A stretch of 32,000 nt of DNA from contig OZ007020.1 in NCBI GenBank assembly GCA_963931495.1, positions 660,001 to 692,000 of the forward strand, read 5' to 3'. The stretch is from an uncultured Alphaproteobacteria bacterium. GTDB taxonomy: Bacteria > Pseudomonadota > Alphaproteobacteria > Rs-D84. The position numbers and the translations under genes were made by a program. A model generated the notes under the pieces. The model was not told the DNA's origin and made no database searches. It was given only the letters and a program-made list of their open reading frames with translations. Below, one piece after another: positions 6,728-16,277 of this stretch; position 1 is the stretch's first letter, and every line of letters begins with the position of its first letter.

Positions 6728-8485
6728 ATGAAGAATTATATTTTGCCTTTTCGTGATTTGGTTGTGCATCCGGGATTAACGGTTCCGGTGTATATTGATA
6801 ATCCTATGTCGGTTGCATGTATAGAAAGTGCAACAAAATATAACCAAAAACTGGTTATCACCGCACAGCATACTTGGTCATACCCAACCAGTGCCGCCGA
6901 TATATATGATGTCGGTACAATTGGCGACATTGCCCAAGTGTTACGATTACCGGATGGCACACTGCATGCAATAATTCGGACAACAGATGTGGTGAAATTG
7001 TCTGATATTACGGTTGAAAATGGGCTGTTTATGGCCGAAACAACACCAATTGAAATTAACGACGACAGTAATTTTGAACAGACAATCGCCCTGCGTGATA
7101 AAGTCGCTGAAAATATCCAGCAATTGGCCGGAACACGAAAGTTCAAGGTTGATAAATTGCGTAATATCGTCCAGAACTATCCGATGCCGGCGTTTATTGA
7201 TTCTGTGATTCAAACAATTGAAATGGATACTGATGATGCGGTGCGGGTACTGTGTGCACCGTCGTGGCGCGAAAAGTTAATGCTGCTGTTGGAACAGGTT
7301 AACTTGATGGCCGAAACCGCAAAAATAGAAGAATCAATCAATCGGCGTATTCATCAACAGATGGAAAACGGGCGTCGCGAAGCGATTTTACAGGAAAAAA
7401 TGCGCGCTATTCAGCGCGAAATGGGCGATGACAGCGAAGAAATGGATACCGAAAGTATTCGTAAACGTATTGAAAAATCGGCAATGCCAAATGACGCCAA
7501 AGAAAAAGCGTTGTCAGAATGGAAACGTATGCGCACCATGTCGCCAATGTCAAACGAAGGGGGATTGTTAAAAACATATCTGGACGAACTGTTGGCCATG
7601 CCGTGGGGGAAATCAGACACTGCGCCAATTGATTTGAAATCTGCACGTGCGGTGTTGGATTCGCAACATTCGGGAATGCAATCTGTCAAAGAACGCATAC
7701 TGGAACATATTGCCGTAATGAAAAAAACAGGCGGCAACCAGGGCAGCATCCTGTGCTTTGTTGGTGCGCCAGGCGTTGGTAAAACGTCGCTGTGTAAATC
7801 AATCGCGGATGCGTTGGGACGCAAGTATCAACGTATATCGTTGGGCGGTATATCTGATGAAGCGCATTTCCGCGGACATCGCAAGACGTATATCGGTGCC
7901 CAAACGGGGCGTATTATGGATGCGTTAAAACGGTGCAAGGCAAATAATCCGGTCATTGTGCTGGACGAAATTGACAAGATGGGGCGCGATTGGCGCGGCG
8001 ATCCAGAATCGGCGTTGTTGGAAATTCTGGACCCGGAACAGAACAAGTCTTTCCGTGACCATTATTTGGAAGTTGATTTTGACCTGTCAAACGTATTGTT
8101 CATTGCAACAGCAAACAGTTTGAACATGTCCAATGCACTGAAAGATCGTATGGAAATTATTGAAATTCCGGGGTACAGCGAAGATGATAAAGTTCAAATT
8201 GCACGTGAACATTTAATCGCACGTGCCGCGCATGATACGGGATGGAATCCAGACAACATTATCATCAGTGATGATGCACTGCGTCATATTATCCGTAACT
8301 ATACATCTGAACAAGGTGTGCGTGAATTGCAACGTGAATTAACCGCACTGTTGCGTCGGACATTGCTGGAACATGATGGTGAAGATGTTAAAACAGAATT
8401 TACCGAACAGAAAATTGATGAATTGTTGGCAATGCGTCATTCGGCTGTGTTGGCAAAGCGTATCGGTTTTGGATTGCGCGCATAA
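6728..8485 (+). CDS. lon: Lon homolog consisting of the Lon N-terminal domain plus the AAA+ module only; no protease domain
   Basis: LPFRDLVVHPGLTVPVYI (Lon N domain), Walker A GAPGVGKTS, Walker B VIVLDEIDK and GVRELQRELTALLRR are all colinear with E. coli Lon up to about residue 590. The ORF then stops (TAA 8483-8485) and tsaB starts at 8503. The start is moved to 6728 because the ORF-track start at 6656 would span the terminator at 6659-6682. Confidence 0.85.
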   Translation: MKNYILPFRDLVVHPGLTVPVYIDNPMSVACIESATKYNQKLVITAQHTWSYPTSAADIYDVGTIGDIAQVLRLPDGTLHAIIRTTDVVKLSDITVENGLFMAETTPIEINDDSNFEQTIALRDKVAENIQQLAGTRKFKVDKLRNIVQNYPMPAFIDSVIQTIEMDTDDAVRVLCAPSWREKLMLLLEQVNLMAETAKIEESINRRIHQQMENGRREAILQEKMRAIQREMGDDSEEMDTESIRKRIEKSAMPNDAKEKALSEWKRMRTMSPMSNEGGLLKTYLDELLAMPWGKSDTAPIDLKSARAVLDSQHSGMQSVKERILEHIAVMKKTGGNQGSILCFVGAPGVGKTSLCKSIADALGRKYQRISLGGISDEAHFRGHRKTYIGAQTGRIMDALKRCKANNPVIVLDEIDKMGRDWRGDPESALLEILDPEQNKSFRDHYLEVDFDLSNVLFIATANSLNMSNALKDRMEIIEIPGYSEDDKVQIAREHLIARAAHDTGWNPDNIIISDDALRHIIRNYTSEQGVRELQRELTALLRRTLLEHDGEDVKTEFTEQKIDELLAMRHSAVLAKRIGFGLRA

Positions 8486-8502
8486 ACAAGGGATGGTGTA
8501 AT

Positions 8503-9045
8503 ATGATTCTGGTTATAAACACATCTGGGGTCGGATTGGAATTTGTGCTGGATGATAAATACAAACATGTTGATACAGAAAAACAATCTGTGGAATTGCC
8601 GGCGGCGTGTGCGGATTTTTTAACCGCATGTGGTGCCAAATGGTCGGATTTAACCGCAATCGGTGTCGTTGTTGGTCCGGGCAGTTTTACCGGAATTCGT
8701 TTGGGTATTGCGTATGCCAAAGGACTGGCGTTGGGGTTGAATATACCGTTGGTGCCGATAAACGCGTTTGAATTGTATTTGCATGATGCCCCAGATGCAT
8801 TTGTCGCAATTGATTCGGGGCGTGGGGATTTTTTTGTTGCATCACAGACGTTGGCACCATGCACCATGACAATTGATGATGTTGAAACAAAACAAATGGA
8901 ATGCCCGCGTACAGTTGGGCACAAGCCATTTAATCTGGGTAATGCTGTTAAAATTGTTTCAGAAAAATTAAATTCTGGTGTAAATGAACCGGTGGTGCCG
9001 ATGTATTTGCGCCCCAGTTATGCGGAACAGAACAAAAATTGTTAA
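8503..9045 (+). CDS. tsaB: tRNA t6A37 biosynthesis protein TsaB (YeaZ)
   Basis: The GPGSFTGIRLG motif is present, the size is 180 aa, and the gene sits in conserved synteny immediately upstream of rimI. Confidence 0.85.
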   Translation: MILVINTSGVGLEFVLDDKYKHVDTEKQSVELPAACADFLTACGAKWSDLTAIGVVVGPGSFTGIRLGIAYAKGLALGLNIPLVPINAFELYLHDAPDAFVAIDSGRGDFFVASQTLAPCTMTIDDVETKQMECPRTVGHKPFNLGNAVKIVSEKLNSGVNEPVVPMYLRPSYAEQNKNC

Positions 9046-9425
9046 ACGATTTAGAAAATCTTCATAAACTTTGCTTTCCGAACAAGCCTTGGTCGGCGAC
9101 AGATTTTGCAGATTTGAAAAAATCCGGATGTGACATTATCGCCAGCCAAAATGGATTTATCGTTTGGCGCGTTGTTGCCGACGAAGCGGAAATAATTACC
9201 GTTGGTGTTCATCCGAATGCGCGCAGGACCGGAATCGCGTCTGCGATGTTGGTTTTGGCGGAAAACGATGCAAAAAAACGCGGCGCAAAAAAAATATTTT
9301 TGGAAGTTGCGGAAAATAACACCCCTGCCCGTGTGATGTATAAAAATAATGGATATACACAAATTGGTGTGCGCCCAAAATATTATGATGGCATTGATGC
9401 AATTTTAATGGAAAAGATTCTGTAA
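9039..9425 (+). CDS. rimI: Ribosomal-protein-alanine N-acetyltransferase (GNAT)
   Basis: The GNAT acetyl-CoA motif is present (VHPNARRTGIASAML). The TTG start overlaps the tsaB stop, and tsaB-rimI pairing is typical. Confidence 0.8.
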   Translation: MLNDLENLHKLCFPNKPWSATDFADLKKSGCDIIASQNGFIVWRVVADEAEIITVGVHPNARRTGIASAMLVLAENDAKKRGAKKIFLEVAENNTPARVMYKNNGYTQIGVRPKYYDGIDAILMEKIL

Positions 9426-9427
9426 AA

Positions 9428-10699
9428 CTATTGGTTCGTCACAAAATCTAGAACGCGATTATCAAAAATAACGTCACGGGCGCGCAACGGTGCGGCAATG
9501 TGCATATCAGACGCACTGCGTGTGCGCGATAATGCAACATATGTTTGACCGTGTGCAAATGCACCACGTGAAATATCAACAATCACCGCATCCAATGTTT
9601 TACCCTGGGCTTTGTGGATTGTCATCGCGTACCCCAGGTTTAATGGAAATTGCCTGAAACTGCCGACTTCATTTTCCATCAATCGGTCGTTTTCATCACG
9701 CGTGTATTCAATCTTTTGCCATTTTTCTGGACGTACAGACACAACGTCGTGCGATTTATTTAACAATTCAACCGTAATTTCGCGTGACGCCAGGCGGCGT
9801 ACAATTCCCATTGAACCATTGTGCCATTTGTCCCCATTCTTTACAAATACAACCAATGCGCCAACTTTCAGTATCAAATTCATTGGCGCCGGCACATCGC
9901 GTTCGGAAAACGTTCCCGCCAGTTCCCCAGTGTACATAATTTCTGGGGCGTTTATCTGTGCCAGACGCGATGCATTTATTCGTTCGGCAACCGCACGAAA
10001 AGGCGTTATTATTACCGCATTTTCACGGCGCGATGTATCAGAAATCTGGCAGTGATTAAAGAATTCCAGTGCCCCAATATCGTTATTACGCAAACGACGC
10101 AGGTTTTCCAATAAATCTGCATCGCTTTGACGATACACTAAATCAAAATCATATCGTACAAATTTTGCACGTTGGTATACGTTCGCATCAAAAAAATATG
10201 CGTTATCGTGTCCATATTCTGTACGATAATATTCCATGGCGTCACGTGTAATAACCGGCGGTAATTGAAACAAATCACCAATTGCAACGACTTGCAGTCC
10301 CCCAAATGGTTCATTATTATGTCGTGCGGTGCGCGCCAATATATCAATTGCATCCAGTAAATCTGGGGCAACCATTGATATTTCATCAATAATTAATACA
10401 TCGGCCGCGTTTAATATATTGCGTGGCTTGGCCTTTAATTTCAGCAATTCCGGCATAATAAAGTCACGCGGTTGAATTTGAAACAGTGAATGGATTGTTT
10501 GCCCCCCAACATTTAATGCCGATACCGCGGTTGGACATGCGCATATAATACGCTTTCTGGATGCAGTTTTCAAATAATTTACAAATGTTGATTTTCCGGT
10601 TCCGGCCTGGCCCAATATCAGCAAGTTTGAATTCGTGCGTTCAATTGTATTAAACGCCGCCATTTGAATATCACTTAAAATCTGGACCAATTCTGACAT
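9428..10699 (-). CDS. PIF1/RecD-family SF1B DNA helicase
   Basis: Motifs present: Walker A GQAGTGKST, Walker B LIIDEISMV, GDLFQLPPV, TIHKAQGKT and YVALSRTR. The start is set at ATG 10699, because the ORF-track extension to 10765 runs into the tRNA promoter. No clear SD is present. Confidence 0.8.
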   Translation of the reverse strand: MSELVQILSDIQMAAFNTIERTNSNLLILGQAGTGKSTFVNYLKTASRKRIICACPTAVSALNVGGQTIHSLFQIQPRDFIMPELLKLKAKPRNILNAADVLIIDEISMVAPDLLDAIDILARTARHNNEPFGGLQVVAIGDLFQLPPVITRDAMEYYRTEYGHDNAYFFDANVYQRAKFVRYDFDLVYRQSDADLLENLRRLRNNDIGALEFFNHCQISDTSRRENAVIITPFRAVAERINASRLAQINAPEIMYTGELAGTFSERDVPAPMNLILKVGALVVFVKNGDKWHNGSMGIVRRLASREITVELLNKSHDVVSVRPEKWQKIEYTRDENDRLMENEVGSFRQFPLNLGYAMTIHKAQGKTLDAVIVDISRGAFAHGQTYVALSRTRSASDMHIAAPLRARDVIFDNRVLDFVTNQ

Positions 10700-10756
10700 A
10701 ATGTCATAATGCTGGCACAACAGAGATAAAAAATAAAGCACATAAATAAAAAATAC

Positions 10757-10784
10757 TTGCAACAAATTACAAATAATATATAAT
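10757..10784 (+). promoter_or_regulatory. Sigma70-type promoter for the CAT-anticodon tRNA (TTGCAA-N16-TATAAT)
   Basis: TTGCAA lies at 10757-10762 and TATAAT at 10779-10784. The tRNA 5' end is 10 nt downstream. Confidence 0.5.
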
Positions 10785-10793
10785 TGCGCCTGT

Positions 10794-10870
10794 GGGTTAG
10801 TAGCTCAGTTGGTTAGAGCGGAGCGCTCATAACGCTTTGGTCGTGGGTTCAAGTCCTACCTAACCCACCA
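10794..10870 (+). tRNA. tRNA with anticodon CAT: elongator tRNA-Met, or tRNA-Ile2 if lysidine-modified
   Basis: A 77-nt cloverleaf: acceptor GGGTTAG/CTAACCC with a paired 1:72 position (so not an initiator), anticodon stem GAGCG/CGCTT with loop CTCATAA, T-arm GTGGG-TTCAAGT-CCTAC, and an encoded CCA. Confidence 0.9.
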
Positions 10871-10874
10871 AGAT

Positions 10875-10903
10875 AAAAACGGGGATTATACCCCGTTTTT
10901 TTT
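10875..10903. terminator. Bidirectional intrinsic terminator shared by the tRNA and HTH paralog B
   Basis: A5-CGGGG-ATTATA-CCCCG-T8. The TAA of the minus-strand HTH gene (10902-10904) overlaps the T-tract. Confidence 0.8.
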
Positions 10904-11132
10904 AATGTTTACGCTTTGTATTATGTCGTGCAGCCAGCATCACCATGCCATGATATGCGATTTTTTCCAATACTGATTCTGGAATTAATCGTTTGCCACT
11001 TTCGTATCGGGTCAAATCACGACGTGATATCCCCATAATTCGGGACATTTCATGACGTTTTATATGCGCACATTTACGTGCACGACGTATTATTTGACCA
11101 TAGTATGAATTATCAACCAATACAACAGACAT
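10902..11132 (-). CDS. Small XRE/Cro-type helix-turn-helix protein, 76 aa (paralog B)
   Basis: It differs from paralog A at 3 of 76 residues (A9S, V67A, Y76H). Confidence 0.7.
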   Translation of the reverse strand: MSVVLVDNSYYGQIIRRARKCAHIKRHEMSRIMGISRRDLTRYESGKRLIPESVLEKIAYHGMVMLAARHNTKRKH

Positions 11133-11312
11133 TGTTTATTTCCCCCATATGTTTTGTTAAACAAAATACCGCCGTGATTAAGGGCGGTTGGAGGCTAGAA
11201 ACTATTCAAACGGATAGTGTTGCTTATTTGTATATTCGCAACCCTCCAACCCATGTTGGAGTGTTTCTGTTAAGAGGTTTTGAGACCCCGCATCGGTAAT
11301 CAGCCAATGCAA
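11133..11312 (-). promoter_or_regulatory. Structured leader or small RNA, copy B (same helices as 2488..2667, different hairpin loop)
   Basis: All four attenuator segments and the terminator are identical to copy A. The hairpin at 11202-11217 has a different loop sequence. Confidence 0.45.
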
Positions 11313-11419
11313 GGCGTATTGTTGCATATATTCAGCAAAAATTCCAGTAATAAAAAATTATTCTTTTTTTGTAAATAATGTGGTTGCCCTGGGGGCGATT
11401 TTTTTGCTAATGTCGTGGC

Positions 11420-14400
11420 ATGGAAAACCAATTTGTTCATCTTCGCACGCATTCGCGATTTTCTGTTGGTGCCGGCACCATGAAAATCAAGGACATCCCA
11501 GAATTATGCCACGCAAACAATATGTCGGCATGTGCACTGACCGATACGAATTTAATGTCTGGGTGTGCTGAATTTTCTGATCTTATGCCGAAAAACAAAC
11601 TGCAACCCATCATTGGTACAGAAATAACATTGAACCAACATAATGCAGATCCTAAAATATTGCGAACAAATGCGCTGTCGCGCGTCGTTTTGTTGGCACA
11701 AAATCATGATGGATATTTGAACTTGTGCGAACTTAGCCGTATTATGTACATGCGTACAGAAAATCATCACTTGGGACCATATATCACATTTGACGAATTG
11801 GCATCACACAGCAATGGATTAATTTGCCTGTCGGGTGCACATACCGGGCCAATTGGAATGGCAATATTAAACAACCAAGATTCGTTGGCCCGACAATACG
11901 CACAACAATTTTTGGATATTTTTGGCGACCGTTTCTATATGGAAATCCAGCGTCACGGTTTGGCCGACGAAATAAAAACAGAACCAGATTTCTTGAAAAT
12001 CGCGCTGGATTTGAATATACCACTGGTCGCAACAAATGATGTGGAATTTGCAAAAAATACTGATTATGAGGCCGAAGATGCACTTAGTTGTATACTGGGC
12101 CAGACAAAAATAATTGACCCAGAACGCCCACGCAAATCATCTGAACAATATTTTAAGTCTGGGGCCGAAATGGCAGATTTGTTTTCTGATTTACCCGAAG
12201 CAATTGAAAACACCGTGGTAATCGCAAATCGCTGTGGTTTTATGGTGAATGTTCACGAAAAACCATTGTTGCCACGTTTTGGCGATGATTTGGAACAAGA
12301 ATGCCAAATGTTGCGTAATAATACTATGTCCGGGTTGGCAAAAAAACTGGAACAACATGGAATAACAGATACGGCACCATATTATGAACAGGCGGAGTTT
12401 GAACTGGGGGTAATCATTAATATGGGATTCCCTGGGTACTTTCTGATTGTGGCCGATTATATTGATTGGTGTCGTCGCAATGACATTATGACCGGGCCGG
12501 GCCGTGGGTCGGGTGCGGGTTCTATTGTTGCGTGGGCATTGGGAATTACGCACGTTAATCCATTACAGTATGGTTTGCTGTTTGAACGTTTTTTGAATCC
12601 TGATCGTATTTCTATGCCGGATTTTGACGTTGATTTTGAGCCAACTGGAATAGAACGCGTTTTGGCATATATTTGCGATAAATATGGACACGATTCAGTG
12701 TGTCGCATTATCACGTTTGGCAGTTTACAGGCCCGTGGTGCAATTCGCGATATTGGCCGCGTGTACGGGATTCCATATTCTAAATCAGACCGATTTTCAA
12801 AACTGATTCCCCAGGATGCAAAAACATTAAAAGATGCGGTTGACGCGTCCCCAGAAATTCAATCGGTAATGCAAACAGATGAAGATATGAACAAGGTCGT
12901 ATCAATCGCCGAAGAATTAGAAGGCGCGTTGCGTAACCTGGGGCAACATGCATGCGGTGTTGTTATTGGCGACCGACCGACAACAAAAATTGCACCGGTG
13001 TATCGCGACCCGGCAAATGCATTGCCGTCATGCCAATTTGACGGTCATTATTTGGAATCAGCCGGATTAATTAAATTTGACTTTTTGGGGCTGGAAACTT
13101 TGGCCGTTTTGAAATACGCCATTAAGTTAATCCAGCAAACACGCGGGGTAAATATTGACCTGGATAAAATTCCAACAGATGACCCAAAAACAATGAAGTT
13201 ATGGCAATCTGGATTAACCGAAGGTATATTCCAATTTGATGCCCCGTTTGTTCAGCAAACTTTGCGCAAAATGCATCCAACCAGTTTTCTGGAAATATCG
13301 GCGTTAAATGCGTTGAACCGTCCTGGCCCGATTGCGTTCATTCCGCAATTCATCGCACGTATGCATGGCGAAGAAAAAGTTGAATATGTGCACCCGCGCG
13401 CAGAACCGATTCTGAAAGAAACATATGGAATTATTGTATATCAAGAACAGGTTATGCAACTGACCCGCGCGTTGGCCGGATTCACACGTGGACAATCTGA
13501 TAACGTGCGTAAAGCCATGGGTAAAAAAATTGCCAAAATGTTGGATGAACTGGAAGGCAAATTTTATGACGGATGCGAAAAAGAACAAACATTAAATCGC
13601 GACCAAGCAAAACAATTATGGGAACAATTCAAAGAATTTGCCAAGTATGCGTTTAACAAATCGCACGCGGTTGCGTATTCAATCGTTGCAAATCAATGCG
13701 CGTTCTTAAAAGCCAACTATACCCCAGAATTTTTGGCGGCATCTATGTCCAGTAATCTGAATGATACGGATCAATTGGCACTGTTTGTTGATGATGCAAA
13801 AATGAATTTTGGTATTCAAATCGTGCCACCAGATATCAATCAGAGTGAATCTTTGTTCACGGTGCGCAATGGAAAAATTATATATGCATTGGCCGCAATC
13901 AAGGGTGTCGGAACCAGTGCCACAGACGCAATCGTCGCAGAACGAAACACAAACGGAAAATTCAAAAATCTGACTGATTTTGCAAAGCGTTGTGCCCCAA
14001 TTATAAACAAGCGCATTCTGGAAGCGTTTGCCAAGGTTGGTGTTCTGGATTCGCTGGAACCGAATCGTGCGGCGATATTTATGAATGCCGATGCAATTTT
14101 GTCATATGCATCAAAGTCGCGGGATGGTTTGAATGCATTATCGCTGTTTGCAAATACTGTTGAAGACGATGTCGCCGAAGACAGATTAAAAAAGAATTTG
14201 CCGAATACGCCGGCATGGAATTTCGCACAACGATTGGAAAACGAATTATCAGCATTGGGGTTTTATATATCGGCGCACCCGCTGGATCAATACAAGCATT
14301 TAATCAAACGGGCAAAACTGACCACCAGTGCAACATTGGTATCACTGGGCGACAGAAAGCCTGTGTACATTGCCGCAACCGTCAGTTCTTTTTCGCGGCG

Positions 14401-14830
14401 TCGTACCAAGACAGGCAAGGATATGATTACCATAAATGCATCCGACAGTTTTGGTAATATAGATGCGGTTGCATTTGGTCAATCGGCCGCAGATTTTGCC
14501 CAGATATTGTCCACAGAAACATTGGTTTTAATATCAGGAAAAACATCATGCCGTGATGACCGGGTTTCTGTATTTGTGGATTCTATTATGCCACTGACAC
14601 AATGGGTCGCAAAAATTGCAAAAAAGATAACATTGGATATTTATGATAAATCTGTTTTAGCGGCGGTAAAGAAATCTATTACATCATTACCGCATGGACC
14701 GACCCAGGTGGTTCTGAATTTACACGCATCGGACAAAGTGGCGGCAATGGCGTTACCTGGGGGGGTTGAGTTGGGTAATACAACCGCCAGTGATTTTACT
14801 AATTTGGGAATAAGGGTTGAAATTGAATAA
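11420..14830 (+). CDS. dnaE: DNA polymerase III alpha subunit
   Basis: 1136 aa. The N-terminus is a PHP domain (FVHLRTHSRFSVGAG). The polymerase core (GRGSGAGSIVAWALGIT, PDFDVDF), the HhH region and a C-terminal OB region follow. Confidence 0.97.
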   Translation: MENQFVHLRTHSRFSVGAGTMKIKDIPELCHANNMSACALTDTNLMSGCAEFSDLMPKNKLQPIIGTEITLNQHNADPKILRTNALSRVVLLAQNHDGYLNLCELSRIMYMRTENHHLGPYITFDELASHSNGLICLSGAHTGPIGMAILNNQDSLARQYAQQFLDIFGDRFYMEIQRHGLADEIKTEPDFLKIALDLNIPLVATNDVEFAKNTDYEAEDALSCILGQTKIIDPERPRKSSEQYFKSGAEMADLFSDLPEAIENTVVIANRCGFMVNVHEKPLLPRFGDDLEQECQMLRNNTMSGLAKKLEQHGITDTAPYYEQAEFELGVIINMGFPGYFLIVADYIDWCRRNDIMTGPGRGSGAGSIVAWALGITHVNPLQYGLLFERFLNPDRISMPDFDVDFEPTGIERVLAYICDKYGHDSVCRIITFGSLQARGAIRDIGRVYGIPYSKSDRFSKLIPQDAKTLKDAVDASPEIQSVMQTDEDMNKVVSIAEELEGALRNLGQHACGVVIGDRPTTKIAPVYRDPANALPSCQFDGHYLESAGLIKFDFLGLETLAVLKYAIKLIQQTRGVNIDLDKIPTDDPKTMKLWQSGLTEGIFQFDAPFVQQTLRKMHPTSFLEISALNALNRPGPIAFIPQFIARMHGEEKVEYVHPRAEPILKETYGIIVYQEQVMQLTRALAGFTRGQSDNVRKAMGKKIAKMLDELEGKFYDGCEKEQTLNRDQAKQLWEQFKEFAKYAFNKSHAVAYSIVANQCAFLKANYTPEFLAASMSSNLNDTDQLALFVDDAKMNFGIQIVPPDINQSESLFTVRNGKIIYALAAIKGVGTSATDAIVAERNTNGKFKNLTDFAKRCAPIINKRILEAFAKVGVLDSLEPNRAAIFMNADAILSYASKSRDGLNALSLFANTVEDDVAEDRLKKNLPNTPAWNFAQRLENELSALGFYISAHPLDQYKHLIKRAKLTTSATLVSLGDRKPVYIAATVSSFSRRRTKTGKDMITINASDSFGNIDAVAFGQSAADFAQILSTETLVLISGKTSCRDDRVSVFVDSIMPLTQWVAKIAKKITLDIYDKSVLAAVKKSITSLPHGPTQVVLNLHASDKVAAMALPGGVELGNTTASDFTNLGIRVEIE

Positions 14831-15677
14831 CGAAAAACATATTCCGGTATTACTGGATGCGGTTATGGCCGCATTGGGTGATATTAATGGCAAATCAGTT
14901 GTTGATGCAACATTTGGGGCCGGCGGATATTCCCAGGCGTTCTTGTCGGCGGGCGCAACAGTAACCGCGTTTGATCGTGATTCAAATGTTGTTGGTGATG
15001 CCCGTGTGTTGTCTGATAAATTTGGGTCCAGATTTGAATTTGTGCCCCGCCCTTTTTCACATATTGCCGAATTACAGAATACGTATGATGCAATCGTTTT
15101 TGATTTGGGTATATCTTCTATGCAGATTGATGTTGCATCGCGCGGATTTTCGTTTCGGTTTGACGGGCCGTTGGATATGCGTATGTCTGATAATGGGATT
15201 ACAGCATCAGAATTAATTATTAATACGCCTGTGGATCAATTGGCAAAAATATTGCGCGATTACGGTGATATAAAAAATGCCACACGTTTGGCGCGTATAA
15301 TTCATGATGCGGCCCCACAAACAACATTTGAATTAAAATCTTTGATTCATGATTCACGTGATGTTGCCCCTGTGTTCCAAGCGTTGCGTATTGCGGTTAA
15401 TGACGAATTAGGTGAACTGGAACGCGCATTGGATGCGGTACCCAAAAGACTGAATCCTGGTGGCAAATGTATTTGTGTTACATTTCATTCAACCGAAGAC
15501 AGAATTGTGAAAAACACATTTCGTAAATGGACCAGCGTATCTGGTGACCCACGATTGCCAGATACAAACAGCGCACCATTTACATTAATAAAGACGATGC
15601 GGCCTGATGATGCGGAAACACAACATAATCCACGTGCGCGCAGCGCGCATATGCGCGGTGTGATAAAATCATATTGA
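14817..15677 (+). CDS. rsmH: 16S rRNA (cytosine1402-N4)-methyltransferase
   Basis: Motifs HIPVLL, DATFGAGGYS and DLGISSMQID are present. The TTG start (14817, or 14823) overlaps the dnaE stop. Confidence 0.9.
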   Translation: MKLNNEKHIPVLLDAVMAALGDINGKSVVDATFGAGGYSQAFLSAGATVTAFDRDSNVVGDARVLSDKFGSRFEFVPRPFSHIAELQNTYDAIVFDLGISSMQIDVASRGFSFRFDGPLDMRMSDNGITASELIINTPVDQLAKILRDYGDIKNATRLARIIHDAAPQTTFELKSLIHDSRDVAPVFQALRIAVNDELGELERALDAVPKRLNPGGKCICVTFHSTEDRIVKNTFRKWTSVSGDPRLPDTNSAPFTLIKTMRPDDAETQHNPRARSAHMRGVIKSY

Positions 15678-15740
15678 CCATGTAATAAAAAATTGTGTAC
15701 GATTATTCAAGCACAATGAAAAATTCAAGGGGAACTTGCC

Positions 15741-16247
15741 ATGTTAACAAGATTTTTACCAGTATTTGTATTAATGTTGGGGGTGCTTGGCATTAGTGCT
15801 GCGGACGCCGTATGCCCAGTGTGTACCGTTGCCGTTGGTGCCGGACTGGAAGGTATGCGTTTACTGGGCGTTGACGATGTTATCACCGGGATTTGGGCCG
15901 GCGGTTTGACATTATCGCTGTTTTTCTGGACGGCCGGGTGGTTAAAAAAACACAATGTAAAAAGTGTATTTTGGCAAATTATTGTCCCGTTTATAGTATA
16001 TTATGGATTGCTGGCCGCGGTATATGCATTACCAGGAATGACATTTGGTGCGGCAACGTTGTGGGGAATTGATAAATTCTTGTTGGGAATTATCGTCGGT
16101 ACCATTGCGTTTTATTTGGGGGCGCGTTGGTATGTAAAGATAAAGCGCGACAATGGCGGGCATGCAAAATTTGCATTTCAAAAAGTCGTCGTGCCATTAT
16201 CGTTCTTGATTGTGGCGACCATTATATTCTGGTTGATTACGATGTGA
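15741..16247 (+). CDS. Hypothetical polytopic membrane protein with an N-terminal CPVC motif
   Basis: An AAGGGGAA RBS is present. A signal/TM1 segment is followed by AVCPVCTVAVGAG, the only two Cys in the protein, and then several hydrophobic segments. Confidence 0.55.
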   Translation: MLTRFLPVFVLMLGVLGISAADAVCPVCTVAVGAGLEGMRLLGVDDVITGIWAGGLTLSLFFWTAGWLKKHNVKSVFWQIIVPFIVYYGLLAAVYALPGMTFGAATLWGIDKFLLGIIVGTIAFYLGARWYVKIKRDNGGHAKFAFQKVVVPLSFLIVATIIFWLITM

Positions 16248-16277
16248 TATAAATATTAGTACGAAAGGAAGGTTGTT

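Larger units (their letters stand above)
10902..11320. repeat. 419-bp dispersed repeat, copy B
   Basis: See copy A (2257..2675). Confidence 0.95.

Noticed and set aside
11385-11407. A small GCCC-UGG-GGGC hairpin followed by a T-run, upstream of dnaE.
   Set aside because: A 4-bp stem with a 3-nt loop is too weak to call a terminator or attenuator. It is more likely part of the dnaE promoter or 5' UTR.
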